Below are positions 19,405 to 29,490 of a stretch of 64,000 nt of DNA, one piece after another. A program made the translations under genes and the position numbers. Numbering within the stretch: position 1 is the stretch's first letter; every line of letters starts with the position of its first letter. Source of the DNA: a phage; sequence record PZ445432.1; one strand, given 5' to 3'. The notes below the pieces were generated by a model. It saw only the letters and a program-made list of their open reading frames with translations. It was not told the origin of the DNA and ran no database searches.

Positions 19405-19598
19405 TATACGATTCCTCGCTTAAATCCTTCGATAATATTTCGGAGTAAAATTGCTTCCTCCGGGCGTACCTTCTCTTGCTTAATAAGCATATCCAATCCA
19501 GCAATACAACTAGTTACACCAGCATTATAACCAGAGTTCCATTGCTCAATGAGCATGTTTTCTAGATTACTTTTTAGATTCTGATTCAAGAAGTCCAT
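19404..19598 (-). CDS. hypothetical protein
   Basis: 64-aa ORF. Confidence 0.4.
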   Translation of the reverse strand: MDFLNQNLKSNLENMLIEQWNSGYNAGVTSCIAGLDMLIKQEKVRPEEAILLRNIIEGFKRGIV

Positions 19599-19791
19599 AA
19601 AGTTTCTCCTCTAGTCCCATAATACGATTTTCATAAGAAGCACGCAACTTTTCAATTGCCAGCGCACGCACTGTAACCTCATTAGAATTAATAGCTAACT
19701 GGGCCAGATCTTCTGTTTCCATACGTCCGTTGTAAATTAAGCGATATTTAAGGTGTTTCACATTCTTGGTCATTATTAAACTCCACTGCAA
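19567..19791 (-). CDS. hypothetical protein
   Basis: 74-aa ORF. Confidence 0.4.
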   Translation of the reverse strand: MQWSLIMTKNVKHLKYRLIYNGRMETEDLAQLAINSNEVTVRALAIEKLRASYENRIMGLEEKLYGLLESESKK

Positions 19792-20146
19792 CTGTTTCTA
19801 GGTCTTCGTCAAAAAAACTAGAGTATGTATCTTTAAGATACTGTTTAATACTCCAAGTAATATCTTCGTATCCATCTGGACTACGTTGGTATACTTTTAA
19901 CACTCTATTATACACAAATTCAAGATTACATTTTACTTCATCTCTGTCTTCATCAAACAAGCAATATGGGTTATATGGCGATACATCTAGATTTGTTTCC
20001 ACCCAATCACCAATAACGGTGGGGTATCCAGCACCATCTATATGAGAGTAATCACCTGTGGCAGCAAAGACAGCCTCAGCAATATCATCCACGCCCAGAT
20101 GGAAATCACCACATGTAGATTCAACTATATAGGGCTTTAATTCCAT
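19748..20146 (-). CDS. hypothetical protein
   Basis: 132-aa acidic ORF downstream of the promoter at 20175-20203. Confidence 0.45.
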   Translation of the reverse strand: MELKPYIVESTCGDFHLGVDDIAEAVFAATGDYSHIDGAGYPTVIGDWVETNLDVSPYNPYCLFDEDRDEVKCNLEFVYNRVLKVYQRSPDGYEDITWSIKQYLKDTYSSFFDEDLETVAVEFNNDQECETP

Positions 20147-20174
20147 ATCTTTCTCCTCTCAAATTTATAAATCT

Positions 20175-20203
20175 ATTATACATAAATTTTTAGCTGAAAG
20201 CAA
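20175..20203 (-). promoter_or_regulatory. sigma70-like promoter
   Basis: Reverse complement gives TTGCTT, 17 nt, TATAAT. Confidence 0.5.
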
Positions 20204-20211
20204 ATAAAATA

Positions 20212-20242
20212 AAAGCCAGGTCGACTAGCAACCCGGCTGATT
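20212..20242 (-). terminator. rho-independent terminator downstream of nrdD
   Basis: GCCGGG ... CCTGGC hairpin followed by TTTTATTTT on the minus strand. Confidence 0.5.
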
Positions 20243-20245
20243 AGC

Positions 20246-22072
20246 TTACTTAAGATTTAAGTGTTTTACTCTACCAAGAACTTCTTTTTGTTTCCCAGAA
20301 TTGAAAGGCCTACTGCTAGGGGATCCCAAGTACCCGCAAACCCTACGTGTAACCTCTATTTCTTCAGACCCACAACTCGGACATACAAACCCACGTTCAG
20401 AGGCAACAGATTCACCCATATACCCACAGTTGAAGCACTCATCAATTGGTATATTAACACCAATATAATGGCTACATTCTAGCCCCTTATCCACCACATA
20501 CTCAAGAGCTTTGTGGAACTTTTTCATTTGAGGTAGTTCCACAAATGATATATTACCACCATTAGCTATTTTGGTAAAATGAGCCTCGTACTCAAATTTA
20601 GTATCTGGGGCTACCTTCTCTCTTACGTCCAAATGGTGACTATTAGTGAGATAGCCTTTATCTGTTAGCCAAGAATACTCTGGGAATCTACGTTCTAGTA
20701 ATTTATTAAAACGATTACATAGAGACTCACTAGGAGTAGCGTATAAGCTAAATCCAAGATTAGTCTCATTAGCTTTAACTTCGCAACGATTTTTTAGGTG
20801 AGTAAGAACTTCTTCTGTAAATTCAATACAATCCCTATGGGTTTGTGGTAGACCAAACATTATTTGGCACATCTCATAGACCCCAATGTATCCAAGAGAT
20901 ACAGAAGATCTACCCTCAAAAATAGGCCATACATACTCTTCCCCATCTAAACGCACACCAAAACCACCGTGCATATAAAGAATAGGGGCTTGTTTAGCCT
21001 TAACTTTCTTCAGTCTGTTTAAGAAGAAGTCATGCGCTTCAAAAGCCTCATCCACATATTTGTCTAGAATATCCCAGAAATCTTCAAAAACCCCATCTGC
21101 CTCAGCAGCAACCATAGGTAGATTAATAGACACTACACCTAAATTATTGCGCCCTGCAATTTCTCCGGAGGGGATAGCAGATAAAAAGCTACGACAACCC
21201 ATAGGTGCTTTAAAATCACCAGTAACAGCTACAACTTTCTCATAGCTTAAATAGTCCGGGTACATACGGGTAGCAGAACACTCAAGTGCTAGCTGTTTTA
21301 TATCGTAGTTAGGATCGCCTGGATTTTTATTTAACCCTTCTTTAACTGAGAATACTAGTTTAGGGAAGATAGGGGTTGACTCAGCAGCACCTAAACCTTT
21401 AATACGGTTTTGGAGGATGGCTTTCTGAATCATCCTTTCCTCCCACTCCTGTCCTAGCCCAAAGCCAAGCGTAACAAAAGGAGTCTGTCCATTAGAGTTA
21501 AATAATGAATTAGTTTCATACTCTAGGGCTTGGAATGCGTCATAACACTCTTTTTCAGTGAGTTCAGTAGCATATACAGCAGCTTTCCTTTCATCCTTGA
21601 GCCAACGTAGACCACGACCCAGGTGCTTATCATAAGACTTTCTGACATAAGGGGCTAAAACCTCATCGATACGATCAATAGAAGTGCCACCATACTGAGC
21701 ACCAGATACTTGGGCAATAATCTGAGCAGTGATTGCACATGCAGTAGTTATGGATTTAGGAGTTTCAATATTTGCATTACCAATTTTAGTACCATTCTTC
21801 AGCATGCCACCAAGGTCTACTAAACAACAGTTAGTGTATCCCTGTGCCCTGTAATCCATATCATGGATGTGTATTTTACCTAGATTATGGGAGTCTAATA
21901 GATGTTTAGGTAATTCTTGTGCTACTAAATACTTGTTGATTTCTCCAGCTAATAAGTCTCTTTGGGTATGGAACATCTCACTAGGCTTATTAGCATTATT
22001 ATGTTGTAAGTCCTTATCAGCAGTTAGAGTGAGCAGGCCTTTGCAATTCTCAATTAATTCATTCTCTGTCAT
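20246..22072 (-). CDS. nrdD: anaerobic ribonucleoside-triphosphate reductase
   Basis: 608-aa ORF with a C-terminal glycyl-radical motif (RVCGYLG) and C-terminal CxxC zinc site. Confidence 0.85.
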   Translation of the reverse strand: MTENELIENCKGLLTLTADKDLQHNNANKPSEMFHTQRDLLAGEINKYLVAQELPKHLLDSHNLGKIHIHDMDYRAQGYTNCCLVDLGGMLKNGTKIGNANIETPKSITTACAITAQIIAQVSGAQYGGTSIDRIDEVLAPYVRKSYDKHLGRGLRWLKDERKAAVYATELTEKECYDAFQALEYETNSLFNSNGQTPFVTLGFGLGQEWEERMIQKAILQNRIKGLGAAESTPIFPKLVFSVKEGLNKNPGDPNYDIKQLALECSATRMYPDYLSYEKVVAVTGDFKAPMGCRSFLSAIPSGEIAGRNNLGVVSINLPMVAAEADGVFEDFWDILDKYVDEAFEAHDFFLNRLKKVKAKQAPILYMHGGFGVRLDGEEYVWPIFEGRSSVSLGYIGVYEMCQIMFGLPQTHRDCIEFTEEVLTHLKNRCEVKANETNLGFSLYATPSESLCNRFNKLLERRFPEYSWLTDKGYLTNSHHLDVREKVAPDTKFEYEAHFTKIANGGNISFVELPQMKKFHKALEYVVDKGLECSHYIGVNIPIDECFNCGYMGESVASERGFVCPSCGSEEIEVTRRVCGYLGSPSSRPFNSGKQKEVLGRVKHLNLK

Positions 22073-22262
22073 TGATTATTTCCTCAATAAACTTTATAGC
22101 TACTTTTGGTTCAATATTGAAGAATTCCGTAGCGCCGTCAAAATCTTTGTACTGGCAATTCTGCTCTTTAAAGTAGTTATGGGCTAATTTTTCTATTCGA
22201 ACTGCACTACTATATTCTCCAATTTCAAATACTTTAATTTTTTCGGCATTACTCTTCTCCAC
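22059..22262 (-). CDS. hypothetical protein
   Basis: 67-aa ORF overlapping the nrdD start. Confidence 0.4.
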   Translation of the reverse strand: MEKSNAEKIKVFEIGEYSSAVRIEKLAHNYFKEQNCQYKDFDGATEFFNIEPKVAIKFIEEIINDRE

Positions 22263-22443
22263 AGAATTTTCACACCTATTATACTAAACATTATCCACTA
22301 TGTCAATTAAAATTTTCTTTCGCCACCTAATACTGTAATATTCCGCGTATAAATAAATGATTATCTAATACCATACATTTCCCGTTAAAAGCAAGCAAAT
22401 TTTTTATTTAAATGCAATATCATAGGCTTATTTAAAATTGTAG

Positions 22444-22472
22444 TTGCTTTTTACTGCATATACTGGTATAAT
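22444..22472 (+). promoter_or_regulatory. sigma70-like promoter upstream of phoH
   Basis: TTGCTT, 17 nt, TATAAT. Confidence 0.5.
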
Positions 22473-22548
22473 ATATTTGTAAGTTGATAAACAAGATCTC
22501 TTTGTTGATCCTCTGTTAGAAGCGAAGTACACTATAGGAGTGTTATGT

Positions 22549-23301
22549 ATGGGAAAAGCACGTCAAAAAAGAGAGAACCGCAATGGTTCAAGAAAGCGTG
22601 GCAACAAATATGAGAATAACGTAATTCAGGCTGATTTTTCTAATGATTACGCTAACCCAGTTGCTAAATCCCTAGTAGGTAAAAACCGAGAGCAAAAATC
22701 ATATATCAATATGATCAAGAACAACACAGTGACTGTGGGTATCGGTGAGCCAGGTACAGGTAAAACCTTTATCCCGTCTGTTCTTGCAGCTCAGGAACTC
22801 GTAGACATTCACTCAGATATTGAGCAAGTGATCCTCGTACGTCCTAATGAACCTCTAGGTAAGTCTCTTGGTATGCTTCCTGGTGATCTAGCAGAAAAGC
22901 TAGAGCCTTGGTTGGAGCCAATAGCTGATGGTATGAAATGGGCCATCGGTGATCATGCCTATAGGGGATACGTCGAACGTCAGAAAATTAAATTTTTGGC
23001 TATCGAACATGCTCGTGGCAGAACTTTCAACAACTCCTATGTAATTGTCGATGAAGCTCAGAATATTTCCGTTGAGGCAATGATTTGTCTCCTAACTCGT
23101 GTAGGACAAGACTGCCGTTTAATTATCTGCGGAGATATAGCTCAGAAAGACATTAAAGGTGACTCAGGTCTAGCACTCCTTATGGAAGTCTATGAGAAAT
23201 ACGAAAATGCCCCCTTCTCAATGATCGAATTGATTGATAACGTTCGTTCTGCTGAGTCTAAAGCATTCTACGATATTTTTAAAGACATGGGGAAGGTGTA
23301 A
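22549..23301 (+). CDS. phoH: PhoH-like ATPase
   Basis: Walker A GEPGTGKTF; ATG at 22549 preceded by AGGAG (the track ORF starts at a GTG at 22540). Confidence 0.8.
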   Translation: MGKARQKRENRNGSRKRGNKYENNVIQADFSNDYANPVAKSLVGKNREQKSYINMIKNNTVTVGIGEPGTGKTFIPSVLAAQELVDIHSDIEQVILVRPNEPLGKSLGMLPGDLAEKLEPWLEPIADGMKWAIGDHAYRGYVERQKIKFLAIEHARGRTFNNSYVIVDEAQNISVEAMICLLTRVGQDCRLIICGDIAQKDIKGDSGLALLMEVYEKYENAPFSMIELIDNVRSAESKAFYDIFKDMGKV

Positions 23302-23302
23302 T

Positions 23303-23500
23303 ATGGGAGACGTTGTACATCTACACCGAAAAACTAAAATACATCGTACTTCACTGAGTGCTGCTAATATGATTACACGTAAGGAAGGGGAAGAAAGTCC
23401 TAAGACTACCCTAGCGTGGAAAATTGTAACCTCAAATCCAAATCGGCCCTTCAATTATAACGAACTAAGTACCTCAATAGATATTCTGCTGAGAACTTAA
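23303..23500 (+). CDS. hypothetical protein
   Basis: ATG preceded by GGAAGGTG, directly after the phoH stop. Confidence 0.4.
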   Translation: MGDVVHLHRKTKIHRTSLSAANMITRKEGEESPKTTLAWKIVTSNPNRPFNYNELSTSIDILLRT

Positions 23501-23644
23501 GTGGCCAAAAACTAGACTGACAACACAGAAGGCCTGGGTATGAAAGTACTCGGGCCTTTTCTATCAGAAAATTTTATTTGCCAAATGACTGAGAATAAAG
23601 TAAACTATTTCCTAAATCCTGATAACTATAAAAAGGAAAGCCAA

Positions 23645-25978
23645 ATGAGCCATCGCATTGAAAAGGTAATTAAACGTGACGGTACTGTAGAAGACTTTGC
23701 TCCTGAAAAACTCAATGGTTGGGCAGAGTATGGTTGCAAAACAGTTGATGTAAGTTGGTCTGCCATTACTATGGCTGCTCAAAAAACTCTGCCTAAAGGG
23801 GTTGTAGATTCCGACACTCTGATGGATGCGTTAATTAAAGCTGCTGAAAGTCTTATCAAAGATAATCCAGCATACGACGTGCCAGCAAAGGAATTACGTC
23901 TTGCGCAGATGCGTAAACGCCTTTATGATTCCTTTGAACCACCTTCTCTACGCTTCTTCCACGATCATATGGTTAGTGTAGGTGCATGGGAAGACATGAG
24001 TGCATGGATTACCGATGAGCAATTTGAAGCTCTGAATCAGGTTATCGACCATGATCGTGACCGTCTTTTCACTAGTGGAGGACTGAAACAATTCTTTGAT
24101 AAGTATTCCCGTCGTAACATAGCCACCGGTGAAATTTATGAAACCCCGCAGTTTGCCTACATGGGTATGGCAATGGCGATGCTATCTCAACCTAACTGGA
24201 CAATTCTCGATGCAATCGACCTATACAACGCAATGTCACTCCACAAAATCAACGTTCCTACGCCGCCACTGGTTGGTCTGCGCTCTAGTGATCGTGGATT
24301 TGCTAGTTGTTGCCTCGTTGATTCCACTGACACATTGGATTCAATCGACACAGCCGAGCACATCGTTTTTAAAATGGTCGCAGCCAGAGCGGGAATCGGG
24401 TATCATCTTGAAAGCAGATCAATTGCTGATCCGGTGCGAAATGGGGCATTCCCGCATTCCGGAAAACTGCCATATTATCGACACATTGACCGCTCAGTAA
24501 AGGCCAACACTCAGCAAACTCGTGGTGGTTCTGCTACAGTGTCTTATCCATACTTTGATCCTGAAATCATTCAGTTGATGCAGGTTAAGCAACAACGTGC
24601 TACAGACGAGAATAAAATCGATAAGATGGATTATTCTCTGAGCTTCAACAATCTTTTGTTAAAACGTTATCTTAAAAATGAAGATATTACGCTAATGTCA
24701 TACTTCTATGCTCCGGAAGTTCATGAAGCGTTTTATAGTGATGACGAGGCTAAATTTGAAGAAATCTATGTGGCAGCGGAGAAACGTGTGGCATCTCTTA
24801 CAAAGATCGACCACGAAGGAAAAACAGTTCCAGCAGCTCCTAAAGTCTCTGCAAAAGAAATCCTAGATACTTGGCTGCGTATCCGAATGGAAACAGGACG
24901 TATGTATGCCCACCACATTGGGGAATCTAATCGTCACGGTAACTTCCTTGATCCGATCCGTATGACAAACCTTTGTGTTGAAATTACTCAGCCTACACGC
25001 CCGTTCCATCATATCACGGAACTGTATAAAACGAAAGAGCAGCTTGACCAAATGAAGCCGGAGGATATTGGGGAAGTATCTCTATGTAACTTAGGTGGTG
25101 TTGTACTAGGACGCATGGAATCTCTAGCTGAGTGGGAAAAAACTTGCTACATCCTCCTGAAATTCGTTGATACAATTATTGAAATTCAGGATTATCCGTT
25201 CCCAACTATGGAATATACGGCTAAGAAACGTCGTAATGTTGGTATTGGCCTGATGAACGCAGCAGGTGCAATGGCAGCAGAAGGTCTGGCTTATGAAGGT
25301 ATTGAAGCCCGTAACTGGATTCACCGTGAGGCTGAAAAACTGTCTTACTTCCTGCATAAAGCCTCTGTACGCCTAGCTAAAGAACAGGGTGCATGTGAGT
25401 GGTTTGATCGTACTAAACCATCTAAAGGAATTCTGGTAATCGACACATACAAGAAAACTGTTGATGAGCTGGTATCCGTAGGTCTAGAAATGGATTGGGA
25501 ATCTCTGCGTGCAGATATTCTGAAATACGGTATGCGTAACTCTGTTCTGACTGCGCAGATGCCTGGAGAAAGTTCCTCTGTACTATTGGGTGTTACCAAC
25601 TCAATTGAGCCACCTCGTAGGATTGTATCTATCAAGGGTAGTGCAGTGAATAAAGTAATTGCAATTGCTCCGGGTGCAACTGATTGGGATACTCTCATGA
25701 GCTATAAACTGGCCTATGATATTGATCGCACTGAGTGGATCAAATGGAACGCCGTTTACCAAAAATTCTTGAGCCAGTCATCAAGTTTCCAGATGTATTA
25801 TGATTACTCTAAATTCGAGAATGAAATCATTCCTGGCCCAGTAGTAGTTCGTGACTTTATGACTGCGGTTAAGTATGGTATAAAGACCTGGTATTATGCT
25901 AACTTTAACACTGCGAATGGTGGAGGAGCTGGTGAAGAGGCGGCAACAGGTTGTGCATCAGGCGGTTGTCAGTTATAA
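23645..25978 (+). CDS. nrdA: ribonucleoside-diphosphate reductase, large subunit
   Basis: ATP-cone N-terminus (KVIKRDGTVEDF) and class I RNR core; start at an internal ATG with RBS (track ORF starts at 23540). Confidence 0.85.
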   Translation: MSHRIEKVIKRDGTVEDFAPEKLNGWAEYGCKTVDVSWSAITMAAQKTLPKGVVDSDTLMDALIKAAESLIKDNPAYDVPAKELRLAQMRKRLYDSFEPPSLRFFHDHMVSVGAWEDMSAWITDEQFEALNQVIDHDRDRLFTSGGLKQFFDKYSRRNIATGEIYETPQFAYMGMAMAMLSQPNWTILDAIDLYNAMSLHKINVPTPPLVGLRSSDRGFASCCLVDSTDTLDSIDTAEHIVFKMVAARAGIGYHLESRSIADPVRNGAFPHSGKLPYYRHIDRSVKANTQQTRGGSATVSYPYFDPEIIQLMQVKQQRATDENKIDKMDYSLSFNNLLLKRYLKNEDITLMSYFYAPEVHEAFYSDDEAKFEEIYVAAEKRVASLTKIDHEGKTVPAAPKVSAKEILDTWLRIRMETGRMYAHHIGESNRHGNFLDPIRMTNLCVEITQPTRPFHHITELYKTKEQLDQMKPEDIGEVSLCNLGGVVLGRMESLAEWEKTCYILLKFVDTIIEIQDYPFPTMEYTAKKRRNVGIGLMNAAGAMAAEGLAYEGIEARNWIHREAEKLSYFLHKASVRLAKEQGACEWFDRTKPSKGILVIDTYKKTVDELVSVGLEMDWESLRADILKYGMRNSVLTAQMPGESSSVLLGVTNSIEPPRRIVSIKGSAVNKVIAIAPGATDWDTLMSYKLAYDIDRTEWIKWNAVYQKFLSQSSSFQMYYDYSKFENEIIPGPVVVRDFMTAVKYGIKTWYYANFNTANGGGAGEEAATGCASGGCQL

Positions 25979-25987
25979 TAAAAACAA

Positions 25988-26010
25988 GGAGATCTTCGGG
26001 TCTCCTTTTT
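25988..26010 (+). terminator. rho-independent terminator after nrdA
   Basis: GGAGATC-TTCG-GGTCTCC hairpin followed by TTTTT. Confidence 0.6.
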
Positions 26011-26024
26011 CTTTGAAATTTTAC

Positions 26025-26053
26025 TTGCTAATCGCTACCAGATTTGCTATAAT
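26025..26053 (+). promoter_or_regulatory. sigma70-like promoter
   Basis: TTGCTA, 17 nt, TATAAT. Confidence 0.5.
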
Positions 26054-26079
26054 ATCTCCATTAGTTAAGGAGATTAGTT

Positions 26080-26595
26080 TTGATAACACAAGATGAATTA
26101 AAAAGGATTCTGGAGTATAATCCAGATGAAGGAACATTTACTTGGTTAAATAACCAGGAAGTACACAATAAAGTAAGGGGACTACCTGCTGGCTGTTTAA
26201 AACCCCACTCAGTAGATCCTAACCGAAAAGACTTAGTAATACAAATCAAGGGTAAGAAGTATCCCGCACAAAATATTGCTTTCCTGTACATGACAGGAAA
26301 CTTACCTAAAGTTATGGTTGACCATATAGATGGAGATTCACTAAACTATAAGTGGGCTAATCTAAGAGAAGCAGACTGGCAGTTAAATAGTCAAAATAGA
26401 AAAACTAGTAAAAACAATATATTGGGTACTAAGAATATTCGGAAGAAAGGGTCTGGATTTCAAGTTAGAAAATCCATTAACGGAAAAGAATATGTGAAAA
26501 CTCTCCCAACTCTAGAAGAGGCGATAGAGTATCGAGATTCTTTAATCCTCTCTATAACCAAAGATCCAACACTACTTAGAAACACAGATAAATAG
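26080..26595 (+). CDS. HNH homing endonuclease (between nrdA and nrdB)
   Basis: VDHIDGDSLNYKWANLREADWQLNSQN HNH motif; TTG start preceded by AAGGAG. Confidence 0.75.
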   Translation: MITQDELKRILEYNPDEGTFTWLNNQEVHNKVRGLPAGCLKPHSVDPNRKDLVIQIKGKKYPAQNIAFLYMTGNLPKVMVDHIDGDSLNYKWANLREADWQLNSQNRKTSKNNILGTKNIRKKGSGFQVRKSINGKEYVKTLPTLEEAIEYRDSLILSITKDPTLLRNTDK

Positions 26596-26603
26596 GAGAA
26601 CTA

Positions 26604-27749
26604 ATGACAACTTTACTTAACTTAAACTGGGATCATACCAATAAAGATCTATTTCTCGGTGATTCTCTTGGTATTGCAGATTATGTACGAGTAGCCCATC
26701 CAGAGCTGGAAAGGCTGGCGTTATTAGCTCGCTCTCAATTCTGGACTGAAACTGAAATCAGTCTGGAAGCAGATAAGAAACAATGGCCTAATCTCCCACG
26801 AGAAATTCAGGAAATTACCCTCCTGAATTTAGCATGGCAGACTCAAACTGATTCCTTTATCAGTCGAGCGCCTGAAGCAGCTATTATGCCACTTGTAAGT
26901 CGTCCAGAATTGGAAGGTATGCTAAAGCAGTGGAGCTACTTCGAAGACCTGCATAGTCGCGCCTATAGCAATATTATTCGTAATGTGCTGACTGATCCAG
27001 CAGAATTTATTGATTCTGTAACCAAAAACCAGGAAGCATTCGCACGCATCGCTGATTCTGTTGAACTGTTCGATGAACTGTATCAGTTAGGTCAGTATTT
27101 CCTCGCAGTACGCGATCATCGTGGTGACAATACATATCCAGAAACTGAGTTCCCTGAAGTTAAACGTGAAACTCAGGCTAAACTATTAGACGCTTACTTT
27201 GCGATCTATGGTCTGGAAGCAATGCAGTTTTACGCATCCTTTGCATGTACTTTTGCTCTAGCAGAGAACGATATTCTGCAAGGTATTGCTAAGAACCTGC
27301 AATTAATCGCTAAAGATGAGGCTCTGCACACCCAGATGTCTAAAGCAATCATCCAGATTATGTTCCAGCAGTTTGACAAAGATCTGGTAGATGAAGCAGT
27401 GGCTAAAGCACCAGCACAGCTCCTGAAAACTCTGAAAACTGAAATTGAATGGGGTCATTTCATTTTCAAAGGTCGTAGTCTGATTGGCTTGAATGCAGAA
27501 CTTCTAGAAGAATATCTGTACTTTGTGGGGCGTAATGCATTTATGCACATCGGTGTAGAATGGCCTAGTCATTTACCAGTAATCACTAAGAACCCCATTC
27601 CGTGGATCATGAACTGGCTGGATACCACTTCTTTACAGCCTGCTCCACAAGAAATCCAGATTGGTGCAGCCTACCGTGTAGGTCAGGTAACTGAGACCTC
27701 TACTGATACTCTGAAAGATCTGGGTAATGAATTTGGAGATTTCTTATGA
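26604..27749 (+). CDS. nrdB: ribonucleoside-diphosphate reductase, small subunit
   Basis: 381-aa ORF with ferritin-like E..H segments, immediately following nrdA and the HNH ORF. Confidence 0.8.
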   Translation: MTTLLNLNWDHTNKDLFLGDSLGIADYVRVAHPELERLALLARSQFWTETEISLEADKKQWPNLPREIQEITLLNLAWQTQTDSFISRAPEAAIMPLVSRPELEGMLKQWSYFEDLHSRAYSNIIRNVLTDPAEFIDSVTKNQEAFARIADSVELFDELYQLGQYFLAVRDHRGDNTYPETEFPEVKRETQAKLLDAYFAIYGLEAMQFYASFACTFALAENDILQGIAKNLQLIAKDEALHTQMSKAIIQIMFQQFDKDLVDEAVAKAPAQLLKTLKTEIEWGHFIFKGRSLIGLNAELLEEYLYFVGRNAFMHIGVEWPSHLPVITKNPIPWIMNWLDTTSLQPAPQEIQIGAAYRVGQVTETSTDTLKDLGNEFGDFL

Positions 27750-28276
27750 TTACAGCAATGTATGCAGTTGGGCCGAATGGAGAGTTCGGCCTCCGAGGTA
27801 AACTTCCCTGGGGTTCCTTCAAAGAAGAGTTAGATGCTTTCTATTCTCAACTGGACGTGTTGAATCCAGATAACATCATCATTGGTGCGGGTACTTATTT
27901 AGCACTTCCAGAAGTTGTTAGGCAACGTATGATTGGAGAATCCGACCTCTTTATTCGTGCTGACCGACCTCTGGCTGATAGCATCAAAGAAACTTACACT
28001 GCCATATCAAGGATAGGTGATACACTACCTACTTTCCTAAAAGATCAGCAAACAGTAGTTCTAGGCGGAGCTAATCTTCTCCTAGAAATGTATCAGCATG
28101 GGCATATAGAAAGTGCTTTTGTATCTACAATCTTTAGTGAGCAGAAGCTAGAGGCAGATACATACCTAGATAGTATGATACTGGATTATAACTATGAATC
28201 CACTCGATTAGTCTATGCAGTTGGCGCAAACAGTGATAACAGCCTGCGATTTGTACAGGAATTGGTTACTTATTAA
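27746..28276 (+). CDS. dihydrofolate reductase
   Basis: N-terminal MYAVGPNGEFG..GKLPW DHFR-like motif; overlaps nrdB stop and thyA start. Confidence 0.7.
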   Translation: MITAMYAVGPNGEFGLRGKLPWGSFKEELDAFYSQLDVLNPDNIIIGAGTYLALPEVVRQRMIGESDLFIRADRPLADSIKETYTAISRIGDTLPTFLKDQQTVVLGGANLLLEMYQHGHIESAFVSTIFSEQKLEADTYLDSMILDYNYESTRLVYAVGANSDNSLRFVQELVTY

Positions 28277-29115
28277 TGCAACAATACTTAAAAATTTTGA
28301 CAGATGTAATTTTACTAGGTGAACCCCGTAATGACCGTACAGGAACAGGCACAGTTTCAATTTTTGATTCCTATGCTAAGTTCGATCTACGTGAGGGATT
28401 CCCTGCCGTAACCACTAAACGTCTAGCCTGGAAATCAGTAGTAGGAGAACTTTTATGGTTCTTGTCTGGTTCCACAAATCTTCATGATCTACGTGTATTC
28501 ACATTTGGGCGTGACGAAGGACAGTGGACCATCTGGACTCCAAATTATGAAGACCAAGCTATAAGTATGGGGTATGATAAGGGTAATCTAGGACCGGTAT
28601 ATGGTAAACAGTGGCGTAACTTTGGTGGGCGAGATCAGATTCTAGAACTTATTGAAGGACTCAAGAATAATCCTCATGGCCGCAGACATCTAGTTTCTGC
28701 ATGGAACGTAGCTGAACTTGATAAAATGGCATTACCGCCCTGCCACTACGGCTTCCAGTGCTATGTAAGTAACGATGGATACCTAGATCTTAAATGGACA
28801 CAACGTTCTGTAGATTGTTTCCTCGGTTTACCCTTCAATATTGCTAGTTATGCTTTATTAACGCATATATTAGCAAAACTGACAGGATTAAAACCTCGTT
28901 ATCTCATCTTTAGTGGTGGAGATACTCATATCTATAATGACCACATGGAACAGGTAGAAGAACAGGTAAAACGCAAGCCACGCCCTCTACCAACTCTAGT
29001 AATGCCAGAGTTTGTAGATCTTTACGATTTATTAGAAAATAATACGGCAGCTTGGTCCTTCCAGCTTGAAGGATATGATCCGCATCCGGCTCTTAAAGCT
29101 AAAATGTCTTCCTAA
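28276..29115 (+). CDS. thyA: thymidylate synthase
   Basis: Active-site PPCHYGFQCYV and a DRTGTGT-type N-terminal motif. Confidence 0.9.
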   Translation: MQQYLKILTDVILLGEPRNDRTGTGTVSIFDSYAKFDLREGFPAVTTKRLAWKSVVGELLWFLSGSTNLHDLRVFTFGRDEGQWTIWTPNYEDQAISMGYDKGNLGPVYGKQWRNFGGRDQILELIEGLKNNPHGRRHLVSAWNVAELDKMALPPCHYGFQCYVSNDGYLDLKWTQRSVDCFLGLPFNIASYALLTHILAKLTGLKPRYLIFSGGDTHIYNDHMEQVEEQVKRKPRPLPTLVMPEFVDLYDLLENNTAAWSFQLEGYDPHPALKAKMSS

Positions 29116-29121
29116 CTCAAA

Positions 29122-29145
29122 TAGCCCTTCGGGGCTATTATATTT
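29122..29145 (+). terminator. rho-independent terminator after thyA
   Basis: TAGCCC-TTCG-GGGCTA hairpin followed by a T-rich tract. Confidence 0.6.
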
Positions 29146-29154
29146 AAATTTCAT

Positions 29155-29183
29155 TTGCTTATTTAGTGAAATTTAAATATAAT
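29155..29183 (+). promoter_or_regulatory. sigma70-like promoter
   Basis: TTGCTT, 17 nt, TATAAT. Confidence 0.5.
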
Positions 29184-29208
29184 ATATTTTATAAATTGGA
29201 GGTATATA

Positions 29209-29490
29209 ATGATTTCAGCCAAAGAAGCTCAAGAACTTGCAGGATTAACAGAAGTACCCGCATTCCTAAAGTTTATAGAAGAAAAGATTGTAGAAGCTGC
29301 TAAGTCTGGAAATACAGAAGTAATTATTCGAGATAATCCTTACGCTAGGTGGCTATATAATCCTAGAGAAATGCCAGGAGCAGCTAAATCGGTACTAAAA
29401 ACCTTATCGGATAAGGGGTATCACCTCTCACAATACTACCGAGAAGCCGCCTTTGTAGACATGGGTCTTAAAATTAGTTGGGAGGTATAA
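29209..29490 (+). CDS. hypothetical protein
   Basis: 93-aa ORF with RBS GGAGG upstream. Confidence 0.5.
   Translation: MISAKEAQELAGLTEVPAFLKFIEEKIVEAAKSGNTEVIIRDNPYARWLYNPREMPGAAKSVLKTLSDKGYHLSQYYREAAFVDMGLKISWEV

Noticed and set aside
24129-25698. Internal ORFs within nrdA on both strands
   Set aside because: Contained within the nrdA reading frame region; no independent signals.
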